From assembly GCF_009914755.1 (NCBI RefSeq), contig NC_060948.1: 64,000 nucleotides of DNA; one strand, given 5' to 3'. Under the pieces are notes generated by a model. It searched no databases. It worked only from the letters and a program-made list of their open reading frames with translations, and was not told the origin of the DNA. The position numbers and the translations under genes are program-made. The stretch is from the human T2T-CHM13v2.0 reference genome, Homo sapiens. Each line of letters opens with the position of its first letter. Positions within the stretch are counted from its first letter, which is position 1. This document shows, piece by piece, positions 22,896 through 44,637 of the stretch.

Positions 22896-24994
22896 AGATC
22901 CATATTTTTTAAATGAAAAAAAATTTCAAAGGTACTCTGCTTGGTACAATAATCAAATGTATAAACTGAGGAATAAAACATAACCATGAAACCTACTTAT
23001 AACTGCATATGGAAAATACAGAGGATAATTTTTTAAATAACATATTTTGAAAGCCTTAACTAGTAATTTGAAGAGTTGGCATTTGAAAGGCCAGTATGAA
23101 TATACCTTCAAAGCAGCAACACAGGTTCCCCATGAGAAAAAGCAAACTCAGGGAAAATAAAACCACAAAGGTTCAATCTCTTCTGACCTTTGAAAGACAC
23201 AGCACAGACAGTGGTCCTTAGGACGAAGAGCAGGAGACCCCTAATTCCGTCACCATGGCGATAGGGCATAAACATTGCTGGGTGAGGGCACAATCCACAT
23301 TGTGAGGTCCAACTGCTGCCAGGAAGACAGGAGTGCTTTTACATAGACCGAAAGGTCATTGAAGGCTCAGAGTTTTGTTTCAAGAACTGAATCCCAAGCC
23401 CACACGTTATTAGGCTGCGCTTCTTAAAACAAGTTATGAGATGGGAAAAAGGGCACCTACAAACATACGTATACATTATGTATATAATAATATACAGTAT
23501 CATATATATAATATATATAACCCATGTATAATATTGTTTTACATCCTGCATCTTATATTATATATATTGTATAAAATATAATAATTGATAATATATAAGT
23601 TTTATATTTATACAATATGACATATAGTATATATTATAATTTATGACATATATAATATATGTTATATATCATATATAGAATATATTATACGGTTAATATA
23701 CGTATTAAATATAAATTATACATTATATATATTATATATAATATATCTGCTATATATAATACCCATTGTGCATAATATATATATTATGTCTATGTTATAT
23801 AATATAAAACAACATATAATAATATATAATTGTATATATAAAACGCGACATATAATATATATTATATTTTATGACATATGTAATATATATTATATATTAT
23901 ATATAATACGTTGTATGTATAATACCTATATTAAATATAAATTATATGACTATGTTATTAATTACATGTCACATATGTTATATATTATATATTTTACATA
24001 GAATATACCGGTTACATACAATATATACTATGTTACCTATAATGTATAATTTATTACATGTAAAATAAAGAATGCAATATATTATGTATAATTTATAATA
24101 TACAATATGTGGAATGTGATATATATAACATATAATATATGATATATGATATACAGTATATGATATATAACATACAATATATGATACCTAATATATATGG
24201 TATACAATATATATTTTATGATATGTATTCTATATGTTTTATATTCTGATATATATAACTATTTGAAATTATATATAACTGTATAATATTTTATGTAAAT
24301 ATGTAATATAATATATAACTATATAATATATTATATATAACTATATATTATGTTATATATACTTTTATAACATAATTTACATAAAATATCATAATATAAT
24401 ATATATTATATTATTTCATATTACATAATATATATTACATATCACCCAATATAAGTAACATACATAATATTATAATATAGATTATATTATGTTATATTAA
24501 ATATCATATATATCATGTATCATATATTCTATAGTATATATGATACATTATATAATATGTATGTTGTCTATTATGTGATATATATAACTATATATAATTA
24601 TATTATTATACATATTACTAGATAAACATGTAATTCTACATATTTTCATTTATAATATATAGAATTATATTATCATATATAATTATTTATATTCTATAAA
24701 AAATTATATCATTATATAAATTATAATATATAAAAATTATAATATGTACTACAAATATATATATTATATATCATATATGATATAGTACCTTTGTTATATA
24801 TCATAATACATATAAATGTGTATTATGTTATCTATAATTATATAATTTCATATATAAGATGTATAATATGTATTATATATTATATATGTTATGTAATATA
24901 TATAGTATATATAAGATGACACAGGATAAATATTATATACTATGACATATAAAATATATGAGGTTATATGTTACATATAAGGCATAGCACATAA

Positions 24995-25309
<315 letters not shown>

Positions 25310-27410
25310 AGATCCATATTTTTTAAATGAAAAAAAATTTCAAAGGTACTCTGCTTGGTACAATAATCAAATGTATAAACTGAGGAATAAAACATAACCA
25401 TGAAACCTACTTATAACTGCATATGGAAAATACAGAGGATAATTTTTTAAATAACATATTTTGAAAGCCTTAACTAGTAATTTGAAGAGTTGGCATTTGA
25501 AAGGCCAGTATGAATATACCTTCAAAGCAGCAACACAGGTTCCCCATGAGAAAAAGCAAACTCAGGGAAAATAAAACCACAAAGGTTCAATCTCTTCTGA
25601 CCTTTGAAAGACACAGCACAGACAGTGGTCCTTAGGACGAAGAGCAGGAGACCCCTAATTCCGTCACCATGGCGATAGGGCATAAACATTGCTGGGTGAG
25701 GGCACAATCCACATTGTGAGGTCCAACTGCTGCCAGGAAGACAGGAGTGCTTTTACATAGACCGAAAGGTCATTGAAGGTTCAGAGTTTTGTTTCAAGAA
25801 CTGAATCCCAAGCCCACACGTTATTAGGCTGCGCTTCTTAAAACAAGTTATGAGATGGGAAAAAGGGCACCTACAAACATACGTATACATTATGTATATA
25901 ATAATATACAGTATCATATATATAATATATATAACCCATGTATAATATTGTTTTACATCCTGCATCTTATGTTATATATATTGTATAAAATATAATAATT
26001 GATAATATATAAATTTTATATTTATACAATATGACATATAGTATATATTATAATTTATTACATATATAATATATGTTATATATCATATATAGAATATATT
26101 CTATGGTTAATATACCTATTAAATATAAATTATACATTATATATATTATATATAATATATCTGCTATATATAATACCCATTGTGCATAATATATATATTA
26201 TGTCTATGTTATATATAGTATAAAACAACATATAATAATATATAATTGTATATATAAAACGCGACATATAATATATATTATATTTTATGACAGATGTAAT
26301 ATATATTATATATTATATATAATACGTTGTATGTATAATACCTATATTAAATATAAATTATATGACTATGTTATTAATTACATGTCACATATGTTATATA
26401 TTATATATTTTACATAGAATATACCGGTTACATACAATATATACTATGTTACCTATAATGTATAATTTATTACATGTAAAATAAAGAATGCAATATATTA
26501 TGTATAATTTATAATATACAATATGTGGAATGTGATATATATAACATATAATATATGATATATGATATACAGTATATGATATATAACATACAATGTATGA
26601 TACCTAATATATATGGTATACAATATATATTTTATGATATGTATTCTATATGTTTTATATTCTGTTATATATAACTATTTGAAATTATATATAACTGTAT
26701 AATATTTTATGTAAATATGTAATATAATATATAACTATATAATATATTATATATAACTATATATTATGTTATATATACTTTTATAACATAATTTACATAA
26801 AATATCATAATATAATATATATTATATTATTTCATATTACATAATATATATTACATATCACCCAATATAAGTAACATACATAATATTATAATATAGATTA
26901 TATTATGTTATATTAAATATCATATATATCATGTATCATATATTCTATAATATATATGATACATTATATAATATGTATGTTGTCTATTATGTGATATATA
27001 TAACTATATATAATTATATTATTATACATATTACTAGATAAACATGTAATTCTACATATTTTCCTTTATAATATATAGAATTATATAATCATATATAATT
27101 ATTTATATTCTATAAAAAATTATATCATTATATAAATTATAATATATAAAAATTATAATATGTACTACAAATATATATATTATATATCATATATGATATA
27201 GTACCTTTGTTATATATCATAATACATATAAATGTGTATTATGTTATCTATAATTATATAATTTCATATATAAGATGTATAATATGTATTATATATTATA
27301 TATGTTATGTAATATATATAGTATATATAAGATGACACAGGATAAATATTATATACTATGACATATAAAATATATGTGGTTATATGTTACATATAAGGCA
27401 TAGCACATAA

Positions 27411-27725
<315 letters not shown>

Positions 27726-29847
27726 AGATCCATATTTTTTAAATGAAAAAAAATTTCAAAGGTACTCTGCTTGGTACAATAATCAAATGTATAAACTGAG
27801 GAATAAAACATAACCATGAAACCTACTTATAACTGCATATGGAAAATACAGAGGATAATTTTTTAAATAACATATTTTGAAAGCCTTAACTAGTAATTTG
27901 AAGAGTTGGCATTTGAAAGGCCAGTATGAATATACCTTCAAAGCAGCAACACAGGTTCCCCATGAGAAAAAGCAAACTCAGGGAAAATAAAACCACAAAG
28001 GTTCAATCTCTTCTGACCTTTGAAAGACACAGCACAGACAGTGGTCCTTAGGACGAAGAGCAGGAGACCCCTAATTCCGTCACCATGGCGATAGGGCATA
28101 AACATTGCTGGGTGAGGGCACAATCCACATTGTGAGGTCCAACTGCTGCCAGGAAGACAGGAGTGCTTTTATATAGACCGAAAGGTCATTGAAGGCTCAG
28201 AGTTTTGTTTCAAGAACTGAATCCCAAGCCCACACGTTATTAGGCTGCGCTTCTTAAAACAAGTTATGAGATGGGAAAAAGGGCACCTACAAACATACGT
28301 ATACATTATGTATATAATAATATACAGTATCATATATATAATATATATAACCCATGTATAATATTGTTTTACATCCTGCATCTTATATTATATATATTGA
28401 ATAAAATATAATAATTGATAATATATAAATTTTATATTTATACAATATGACATATAGTATATATTATAATTTATTACATATATAATATATGTTATATATC
28501 ATATATAGAATATATTATACGGTTAATATACGTATTAAATATAAATTATACATTATATATATTATATATAATATATCTGCTATATATAATACCCATTGTG
28601 CATAATATATATATTATGTCTATGTTATATAATATAAAACAACATATAATAATATATAATTGTATATATAAAACGCGACATATAATATATATTATATTTT
28701 ATGACATATGTAATATATATTATATATTATATATAATACGTTGTATGTATAATACCTATATTAAATATAAATTATATGACTATGTTATTAATTACATGTC
28801 ACATATGTTATATATTATATATTTTACATAGAATATACCGGTTACATACAATATATACTATGTTACCTATAATGTATAATTTATTACATGTAAAATAAAG
28901 AATGCAATATATTATGTATAATTTATAATATACAATATGTGGAATGTGATATATATAACATATAATATATGATATATGATATACAGTATATGATATATAA
29001 CATACAATATATGATACCTAATATATATGGTATACAATATATATTTTATGATATGTATTCTATATGTTTTATATTCTGATATATATAACTATTTGAAATT
29101 ATATATAACTGTATAATATTTTATGTAAATATGTAATATAATATATAACTATATAATATATTATATATAACTATATATTATGTTATATATACTTTTATAA
29201 CATAATTTACATAAAATATCATAATATAATATATATTATATTATTTCATATTACATAATATATATTACATATCACCCAATATAAGTAACATACATAATAT
29301 TATAATATAGATTATATTATGTTATATTAAATATCATATATATCATGTATCATATATTCTATAATATATATGATACATTATATAATATGTATGCTGTCTA
29401 TTATGTGATATATATAACTATATATAATTATATTATTATACATATTACTAGATAAACATGTAATTCTACATATTTTCATTTATAATATATAGAATTATAT
29501 AATCATATATAATTATTTATATTCTATAAAAAATTATATCATTATATAAATTATAATATATAAAAATTATAATATGTACTACAAATATATATATTATATA
29601 TCATATATGATATAGTACCTTTGTTATATATCATAATACATATAAATGTGTATTATGTTATCTATAATTATATAATTTCATATATAAGATGTATAATATG
29701 TATTATATATTATATATGTTATGTAATATATATAGTATATATAAGATGACACAGGATAAATATTATATACTATGACATATAAAATATATGAGGTTATATG
29801 TTACATATAAGGCATAGCACATAACATGTAATATATATCATATATAA

Positions 29848-30139
<292 letters not shown>

Positions 30140-32240
30140 AGATCCATATTTTTTAAATGAAAAAAAATTTCAAAGGTACTCTGCTTGGTACAATAATCAA
30201 ATGTATAAACTGAGGAATAAAACATAACCATGAAACCTACTTATAACTGCATATGGAAAATACAGAGGATAATTTTTTAAATAACATATTTTGAAAGCCT
30301 TAACTAGTAATTTGAAGAGTTGGCATTTGAAAGGCCAGTATGAATACACCTTCAAAGCAGCAACACAGGTTCCCCATGAGAAAAAGCAAACTCAGGGAAA
30401 ATAAAACCACAAAGGTTCAATCTCTTCTGACCTTTGAAAGACACAGCACAGACAGTGGTCCTTAGGACGAAGAGCAGGAGACCCCTAATTCCGTCACCAT
30501 GGCGATAGGGCATAAACATTGCTGGGTGAGGGCACAATCCACATTGTGAGGTCCAACTGCTGCCAGGAAGACAGGAGTGCTTTTACATAGACCGAAAGGT
30601 CATTGAAGGCTCAGAGTTTTGTTTCAAGAACTGAATCCCAAGCCCACACGTTATTAGGCTGCGCTTCTTAAAACAAGTTATGAGATGGGAAAAAGGGCAC
30701 CTACAAACATACGTATACATTATGTATATAATAATATACAGTATCATATATATAATATATATAACCCATGTATAATATTGTTTTACATCCTGCATCTTAT
30801 ATTATATATATTGTATAAAATATAATAATTGATAATATATAAATTTTATATTTATACAATATGACATATAGTATATATTATAATTTATTACATATATAAT
30901 ATATGTTATATATCATATATAGAATATATTATACGGTTAATATACGTATTAAATATAAATTATACATTATATATATTATATATAATATATCTGCTATATA
31001 TAATACCCATTGTGCATAATATATATATTATGTCTATGTTATATATAGTATAAAACAACATATAATAATATATAATTGTATATATAAAACGCGACATATA
31101 ATATATATTATATTTTATGACATATGTAATATATATTATATATTATATATAATACGTTGTATGTATAATACCTATATTAAATATAAATTATATGACTATG
31201 TTATTAATTACATGTCACATATGTTATATATTATATATTTTACATAGAATATACCGGTTACATACAATATATACTATGTTACCTATAATGTATAATTTAT
31301 TACATGTAAAATAAAGAATGCAATATATTATGTATAATTTATAATATACAATATGTGGAATGTGATATATATAACATATAATATATGATATATGATATAC
31401 AGTATATGATATATAACATACAATATATGATACCTAATATATATGGTATACAATATATATTTTATGATATGTATTCTATATGTTTTATATTCTGTTATAT
31501 ATAACTATTTGAAATTATATATAACTGTATAATATTTTATGTAAATATGTAATATAATATATAACTATATAATATATTATATATAACTATATATTATGTT
31601 ATATATACTTTTATAACATAATTTACATAAAATATCATAATATAATATATATTATATTATTTCATATTACATAATATATATTACATATCACCCAATATAA
31701 GTAACATACATAATATTATAATATAGATTATATTATGTTATATTAAATATCATATATATCATGTATCATATATTCTATAATATATATGATACATTATATA
31801 ATATGTATGTTGTCTATTATGTGATATATATAACTATATATAATTATATTATTATACATATTACTAGATAAACATGTAATTCTACATATTTTCATTTATA
31901 ATATATAGAATTATATAATCATATATAATTATTTATATTCTATAAAAAATTATATCATTATATAAATTATAATATATAAAAATTATAATATGTATTACAA
32001 ATATATATATTATATATCATATATGGTATAGTACCTTTGTTATATATCATAATACATATAAATGTGTATTATGTTATCTATAATTATATAATTTCATATA
32101 TAAGATGTATAATATGTATTATATATTATATATGTTATGTAATATATATAGTATATATAAGATGACACAGGATAAATATTATATACTATGACATATAAAA
32201 TATATGAGGTTATATGTTAAATATAAGGCATAGCACATAA

Positions 32241-32555
<315 letters not shown>

Positions 32556-34654
32556 AGATCCATATTTTTTAAATGAAAAAAAATTTCAAAGGTACTCTGC
32601 TTGGTACAATAATCAAATGTATAAACTGAGGAATAAAACATAACCATGAAACCTACTTATAACTGCATATGGAAAATACAGAGGATAATTTTTTAAATCA
32701 CATATTTTGAAAGCCTTAACTAGTAATTTGAAGAGTTGGCATTTGAAAGGCCAGTATGAATATACCTTCAAAGCAGCAACACAGGTTCCCCATGAGAAAA
32801 AGCAAACTCAGGGAAAATAAAACCACAAAGGTTCAATCTCTTCTGACCTTTGAAAGACACAGCACAGACAGTGGTCCTTAGGACGAAGAGCAGGAGACCC
32901 CTAATTCCGTCACCATGGCGATAGGGCATAAACATTGCTGGGTGAGGGCACAATCCACATTGTGAGGTCCAACTGCTGCCAGGAAGACAGGAGTGCTTTT
33001 ACATAGACCGAAAGGTCATTGAAGGCTCAGAGTTTTGTTTCAAGAACTGAATCCCAAGCCCACACGTTATTAGGCTGCGCTTCTTAAAACAAGTTATGAG
33101 ATGGGAAAAAGGGCACCTACAAACATACGTATACATTATGTATATAATAATATACAGTATCATATATATAATATATATAACCCATGTATAATATTGTTTT
33201 ACATCCTGCATCTTATATTATATATATTGTATAAAATATAATAATTGATAATATATAAATTTTATATTTATACAATATGACATATAGTATATATTATAAT
33301 TTATTACATATATAATATATGTTATATATCATATATAGAATATATTATACGGTTAATATACGTATTAAATATAAATTATACATTATATATATTATATATA
33401 ATATATCTGCTATATATAATACCCATTGTGCATAATATATATATTATGTCTATGTTATATAATATAAAACAACATATAATAATATATAATTGCATATATA
33501 AAACGCGACATATAATATATATTATATTTTATGACATATGTAATATATATTATATATTATATATAATACGTTGTATGTATAATACCTATATTAAATATAA
33601 ATTATATGACTATGTTATTAATTACATGTCACATATGTTATATATTATATATTTTACATAGAATATACCGGTTACATACAATATATACTATGTTACCTAT
33701 AGTGTATAATTTATTACATGTAAAATAAAGAATGCAATATATTATGTATAATTTATAATATACAATATGTGGAATGTGATATATATAACATATAATATAT
33801 GATATATGATATACAGTATATGATATATAACATACAATATATGATACCTAATATATATGGTATACAATATATATTTTATGATATGTATTCTATATGTTTT
33901 ATATTCTGATATATATAACTATTTGAAATTATATATAACTGTATAATATTTTATGTAAATATGTAATATAATATATAACTATATAATATATTATATATAA
34001 CTATATATTATGTTATATATACTTTTATAACATAATTTACATAAAATATCATAATATAATATATATTATATTATTTCATATTACATAATATATATTACAT
34101 ATCACCCAATATAAGTAACATACATAATATTATAATATAGATTATATTATGTTATATTAAATATCATATATATCATGTATCATATATTCTATAATATATA
34201 TGATACATTATATAATATGTATGCTGTCTATTATGTGATATATATAACTATATATAATTATATTATTATACATATTACTAGATAAACATGTAATTCTACA
34301 TATTTTCATTTATAATATATAGAATTATATAATCATATATAATTATTTATATTCTATAAAAAATTATATCATTATATAAATTATAATATATAAAAATTAT
34401 AATATGTACTACAAATATATATATTATATATCATATATGATATAGTACCTTTGTTATATATCATAATACATATAAATGTGTATTATGTTATCTATAATTA
34501 TATAATTTCATATATAAGATGTATAATATGTATTATATATTATATATGTTATGTAATATATATAGTATATATAAGATGACACAGGATAAATATTATATAC
34601 TATGACATATAAAATATATGAGGTTATATGTTACATATAAGGCATAGCACATAA

Positions 34655-34969
<315 letters not shown>

Positions 34970-37068
34970 AGATCCATATTTTTTAAATGAAAAAAAATTT
35001 CAAAGGTACTCTGCTTGGTACAATAATCAAATGTATAAACTGAGGAATAAAACATAACCATGAAACCTACTTATAACTGCATATGGAAAATACAGAGGAT
35101 AATTTTTTAAATAACATATTTTGAAAGCCTTAACTAGTAATTTGAAGAGTTGGCATTTGAAAGGCCAGTATGAATACACCTTCAAAGCAGCAACACAGGT
35201 TCCCCATGAGAAAAAGCAAACTCAGGGAAAATAAAACCACAAAGGTTCAATCTCTTCTGACCTTTGAAAGACACAGCACAGACAGTGGTCCTTAGGACGA
35301 AGAGCAGGAGACCCCTAATTCCGTCACCATGGCGATAGGGCATAAACATTGCTGGGTGAGGGCACAATCCACATTGTGAGGTCCAACTGCTGCCAGGAAG
35401 ACAGGAGTGCTTTTACATAGACCGAAAGGTCATTGAAGGCTCAGAGTTTTGTTTCAAGAACTGAATCCCAAGCCCACACGTTATTAGGCTGCGCTTCTTA
35501 AAACAAGTTATGAGATGGGAAAAAGGGCACCTACAAACATACGTATACATTATGTATATAATAATATACAGTATCATATATATAATATATATAACCCATG
35601 TATAATATTGTTTTACATCCTGCATCTTATATTATATATATTGTATAAAATATAATAATTGATAATATATAAATTTTATATTTATACAATATGACATATA
35701 GTATATATTATAATTTATTACATATATAATATATGTTATATATCATATATAGAATATATTATACGGTTAATATACGTATTAAATATAAATTATACATTAT
35801 ATATATTATATATAATATATCTGCTATATATAATACCCATTGTGCATAATATATATATTATGTCTATGTTATATAATATAAAACAACATATAATAATATA
35901 TAATTGCATATATAAAACGCGACATATAATATATATTATATTTTATGACATATGTAATATATATTATATATTATATATAATACGTTGTATGTATAATACC
36001 TATATTAAATATAAATTATATGACTATGTTATTAATTACATGTCACATATGTTATATATTATATATTTTACATAGAATATACCGGTTACATACAATATAT
36101 ACTATGTTACCTATAATGTATAATTTATTACATGTAAAATAAAGAATGCAATATATTATGTATAATTTATAATATACAATATGTGGAATGTGATATATAT
36201 AACATATAATATATGATATATGATATACAGTATATGATATATAACATACAATATATGATACCTAATATATATGGTATACAATATATATTTTATGATATGT
36301 ATTCTATATGTTTTATATTCTGATATATATAACTATTTGAAATTATATATAACTGTATAATATTTTATGTAAATATGTAATATAATATATAACTATATAA
36401 TATATTATATATAACTATATATTATGTTATATATACTTTTATAACATAATTTACATAAAATATCATAATATAATATATATTATATTATTTCATATTACAT
36501 AATATATATTACATATCACCCAATATAAGTAACATACATAATATTATAATATAGATTATATTATGTTATATTAAATATCATATATATCATGTATCATATA
36601 TTCTATAATATATATGATACATTATATAATATGTATGCTGTCTATTATGTGATATATATAACTATATATAATTATATTATTATACATATTACTAGATAAA
36701 CATGTAATTCTACATATTTTCATTTATAATATATAGAATTATATAATCATATATAATTATTTATATTCTATAAAAAATTATATCATTATATAAATTATAA
36801 TATATAAAAATTATAATATGTACTACAAATATATATATTATATATCATATATGATATAGTACCTTTGTTATATATCATAATACATATAAATGTGTATTAT
36901 GTTATCTATAATTATATAATTTCATATATAAGATGTATAATATGTATTATATATTATATATGTTATGTAATATATATAGTATATATAAGATGACACAGGA
37001 TAAATATTATATACTATGACATATAAAATATATGAGGTTATATGTTACATATAAGGCATAGCACATAA

Positions 37069-37383
<315 letters not shown>

Positions 37384-39484
37384 AGATCCATATTTTTTAA
37401 ATGAAAAAAAATTTCAAAGGTACTCTGCTTGGTACAATAATCAAATGTATAAACTGAGGAATAAAACATAACCATGAAACCTACTTATAACTGCATATGG
37501 AAAATACAGAGGATAATTTTTTAAATAACATATTTTGAAAGCCTTAACTAGTAATTTGAAGAGTTGGCATTTGAAAGGCCAGTATGAATACACCTTCAAA
37601 GCAGCAACACAGGTTCCCCATGAGAAAAAGCAAACTCAGGGAAAATAAAACCACAAAGGTTCAATCTCTTCTGACCTTTGAAAGACACAGCACAGACAGT
37701 GGTCCTTAGGACGAAGAGCAGGAGACCCCTAATTCCGTCACCATGGCGATAGGGCATAAACATTGCTGGGTGAGGGCACAATCCACATTGTGAGGTCCAA
37801 CTGCTGCCAGGAAGACAGGAGTGCTTTTACATAGACCGAAAGGTCATTGAAGGCTCAGAGTTTTGTTTCAAGAACTGAATCCCAAGCCCACACGTTATTA
37901 GGCTGCGCTTCTTAAAACAAGTTATGAGATGGGAAAAAGGGCACCTACAAACATACGTATACATTATGTATATAATAATATACAGTATCATATATATAAT
38001 ATATATAACCCATGTATAATATTGTTTTACATCCTGCATCTTATATTATATATATTGTATAAAATATAATAATTGATAATATATAAATTTTATATTTATA
38101 CAATATGACATATAGTATATATTATAATTTATTACATATATAATATATGTTATATATCATATATAGAATATATTATACGGTTAATATACGTATTAAATAT
38201 AAATTATACATTATATATATTATATATAATATATCTGCTATATATAATACCCATTGTGCATAATATATATATTATGTCTATGTTATATATAGTATAAAAC
38301 AACATATAATAATATATAATTGTATATATAAAACGCGACATATAATATATATTATATTTTATGACATATGTAATATATATTATATATTATATATAATACG
38401 TTGTATGTATAATACCTATATTAAATATAAATTATATGACTATGTTATTAATTACATGTCACATATGTTATATATTATATATTTTACATAGAATATACCG
38501 GTTACATACAATATATACCATGTTACCTATAATGTATAATTTATTACATGTAAAATAAAGAATGCAATATATTATGTATAATTTATAATATACAATATGT
38601 GGAATGTGATATATATAACATATAATATATGATATATGATATACAGTATATGATATATAACATACAATATATGATACCTAATATATATGGTATACAATAT
38701 ATATTTTATGATATGTATTCTATATGTTTTATATTCTGTTATATATAACTATTTGAAATTATATATAACTGTATAATATTTTATGTAAATATGTAATATA
38801 ATATATAACTATATAATATATTATATATAACTATATATTATGTTATATATACTTTTATAACATAATTTACATAAAATATCATAATATAATATATATTATA
38901 TTATTTCATATTACATAATATATATTACATATCACCCAATATAAGTAACATACATAATATTATAATATAGATTATATTATGTTATATTAAATATCATATA
39001 TATCATGTATCATATATTCTATAATATATATGATACATTATATAATATGTATGCTGTCTATTATGTGATATATATAACTATATATAATTATATTATTATA
39101 CATATTACTAGATAAACATGTAATTCTACATATTTTCATTTATAATATATAGAATTATATAATCATATATAATTATTTATATTCTATAAAAAATTATATC
39201 ATTATATAAATTATAATATATAAAAATTATAATATGTACTACAAATATATATATTATATATCATATATGATATAGTACCTTTGTTATATATCATAATACA
39301 TATAAATGTGTATTATGTTATCTATAATTATATAATTTCATATATAAGATGTATAATATGTATTATATATTATATATGTTATGTAATATATATAGTATAT
39401 ATAAGATGACACAGGATAAATATTATATACTATGACATATAAAATATATGAGGTTATATGTTACATATAAGGCATAGCACATAA

Positions 39485-39799
<315 letters not shown>

Positions 39800-41925
39800 A
39801 GATCCATATTTTTTAAATGAAAAAAAATTTCAAAGGTACTCTGCTTGGTACAATAATCAAATGTATAAACTGAGGAATAAAACATAACCATGAAACCTAC
39901 TTATAACTGCATATGGAAAATACAGAGGATAATTTTTTAAATAACATATTTTGAAAGCCTTAACTAGTAATTTGAAGAGTTGGCATTTGAAAGGCCAGTA
40001 TGAATACACCTTCAAAGCAGCAACACAGGTTCCCCATGAGAAAAAGCAAACTCAGGGAAAATAAAACCACAAAGGTTCAATCTCTTCTGACCTTTGAAAG
40101 ACACAGCACAGACAGTGGTCCTTAGGACGAAGAGCAGGAGACCCCTAATTCCGTCACCATGGCGATAGGGCATAAACATTGCTGGGTGAGGGCACAATCC
40201 ACATTGTGAGGTCCAACTGCTGCCAGGAAGACAGGAGTGCTTTTACATAGACCGAAAGGTCATTGAAGGCTCAGAGTTTTGTTTCAAGAACTGAATCCCA
40301 AGCCCACACGTTATTAGGCTGCGCTTCTTAAAACAAGTTATGAGATGGGAAAAAGGGCACCTACAAACATACGTATACATTATGTATATAATAATATACA
40401 GTATCATATATATAATATATATAACCCATGTATAATATTGTTTTACATCCTGCATCTTATATTATATATATTGTATAAAATATAATAATTGATAATATAT
40501 AAATTTTATATTTATACAATATGACATATAGTATATATTATAATTTATTACATATATAATATATGTTATATATCATATATAGAATATATTATACGGTTAA
40601 TATACGTATTAAATATAAATTATACATTATATATATTATATATAATATATCTGCTATATATAATACCCATTGTGCATAATATATATATTATGTCTATGTT
40701 ATATATAGTATAAAACAACATATAATAATATATAATTGTATATATAAAACGCGACATATAATATATATTATATTTTATGACATATGTAATATATATTATA
40801 TATTATATATAATACGTTGTATGTATAATACCTATATTAAATATAAATTATATGACTATGTTATTAATTACATGTCACATATGTTATATATTATATATTT
40901 TACATAGAATATACCGGTTACATACAATATATACCATGTTACCTATAATGTATAATTTATTACATGTAAAATAAAGAATGCAATATATTATGTATAATTT
41001 ATAATATACAATATGTGGAATGTGATATATATAACATATAATATATGATATATGATATACAGTATATGATATATAACATACAATATATGATACCTAATAT
41101 ATATGGTATACAATATATATTTTATGATATGTATTCTATATGTTTTATATTCTGTTATATATAACTATTTGAAATTATATATAACTGTATAATATTTTAT
41201 GTAAATATGTAATATAATATATAACTATATAATATATTATATATAACTATATATTATGTTATATATACTTTTATAACATAATTTACATAAAATATCATAA
41301 TATAATATATATTATATTATTTCATATTACATAATATATATTACATATCACCCAATATAAGTAACATACATAATATTATAATATAGATTATATTATGTTA
41401 TATTAAATATCATATATATCATGTATCATATATTCTATAATATATATGATACATTATATAATATGTATGTTGTCTATTATGAGATATATATAACTATATA
41501 TATAATTATATTATTATACATATAACTAGATAAACATGTAATTCTACATATTTTCATTTATAATATATAGAATTATATAATCATATATAATTATTTATAT
41601 TCTATAAAAAATTATATCATTATATAAATTATAATATATAAAAATTATAATATGTACTACAAATATATATATTATATATCATATATGATATAGTACCTTT
41701 GTTATATATCATAATACATATAAATGTGTATTATGTTATCTATAATTATATAATTTCATATATAAGATGTATAATATGTATTATATATTATATATGTTAT
41801 GTAATATATATAGTATATATAAGATGACACAGGATAAATATTATATACTATGACGTATAAAATATATGAGGTTATATGTTACATATAAGGCATAGCACAT
41901 AATATGTAATATATATCATCTATAA

Positions 41926-42217
<292 letters not shown>

Positions 42218-44322
42218 AGATCCATATTTTTTAAATGCAAAAAAATTTCAAAGGTACTCTGCTTGGTACATTAATCAAATGTATAAACTGAGGAATAAAA
42301 CATAACCATGAAACCTACTTATAACTGCATATGGAAAATACAGAGGATAATTTTTTAAATAACATATTTTGAAAGCCTTAACTAGTAATTTGAAGAGTTG
42401 GCATTTGAAAGGCCAGTATGAATATACCTTCAAAGCAGCAACACAGGTTCCCCATGAGAAAAAGCAAACTCAGGGAAAATAAAAACATAAATGTTCAATC
42501 TCTTCTGACCTTTGAAAGACACAGCACAGACAGTGGTCCTTAGGACGAAGAGCAGGAGACCCCTAATTCCGTCACCATGGCGATAGGGCATAAACACTGC
42601 TGGGTGAGGGCACAATCCACATTGTGAGGTCCAACTGCTGCCAGGAAGACAGGAGTGCTTTTACATAGACCGAAAGGTCATTGAAGGCTCAGAGTTTTGT
42701 TTCAAGAACTGAATCCCAAGCCCACACGTTATTAGGCTGCGCTTCTTAAAACAAGTTATGAGATGGGAAAAAGGGCACCCACAAACATACGTATACATTA
42801 TGTATATAATAATATACAGTATCATATATATAATATATATAACCTATGTATAATATTGTTTTACATCCTGCATCTTATAATATATATATTGTATAAAATA
42901 TAATAATTGATAATATATATGTTTTATATTTATACAATATGACATATAGTATATATTATAATTTATGACATATATAATATATGTTATATATCATATATAG
43001 AATATATTATACGGTTAATATACCTATTAAATATAAATTATACATTATATATATTATATATAATATATCTGTTATATATAATACCCATTATGCATAATAT
43101 ATATATTATGTCTATGTTATATATAGTATAAAACAACATATAATAATATATAATTGTATATATAAAATGCGACATATAATATATATTATATTTTATGACA
43201 TATGTAATATATATTATATATTATATATAATACGTGGTATGTATAATACCTATATTAAATATATATTATATGACTATGTTATTAATTACATGTCACATAT
43301 GTTATATATTATATATTTTACATAGAATATACCGGTTACATACAATATATACTATGTTACCTATAATGTATAATTGATTACATGTAAAATAAAGAATGCA
43401 ATATATTATGTATAATTTATAATATACAATATGTGGAATGTGATATATATAACATATAATATATGATATATGATATACAGTATATGATATATAACATACA
43501 ATATATGATACCTAATATATATGGTATACAATATATATTTTATGTTATGTATTCTATATGTTTTATATTCTGTTATATATAACTATTTGAAATTATATAT
43601 AACTGTATAATATTTTATGTAAATATGTAACATAATATATATAACTATAAAATATATTATATATAACTATATATTATGTTATATATACTTTTATAACATA
43701 ATTTACATAAAATATCATAATATAATATATATTATATTATTTCACATTACATAATATATATTACATATCACCCAATATAAGTAACATACATAATATTATA
43801 ATATAGATTATATTATGTTATATTAAATATCATATATATCATGTATCATATATTCTATAATATATATTATACATTATATAATATGTATGTTGTCCATTAT
43901 GTGATATATATAACTATATATATAATTATATTATCATACATATAACTAGATAAACATGTAATTCTACATATTTTCATTTATAATATATAGAATTATATAA
44001 TCATATATAATTATTTATATTCTATAAAAAATTATATCATTATATAAATTATAATATATAAAAATTATAAGATGTACTACAAATATATATATTATATATC
44101 ATATATGATATAGTACCTTTGTTATATATCATAATACATATAAATGTGTATTATGTTATCTATAATTTTATAATTTCATATATAAGATGTATAATATGTA
44201 TTATATATTGTATATGTTATGTAATATATATAGTATATATAAGCTGACACAGGATAAATATTATATACTATGACATATAAAATATATGAGGTTATATGTT
44301 ACATATAAGGCATAGCACATAA

Positions 44323-44637
<315 letters not shown>
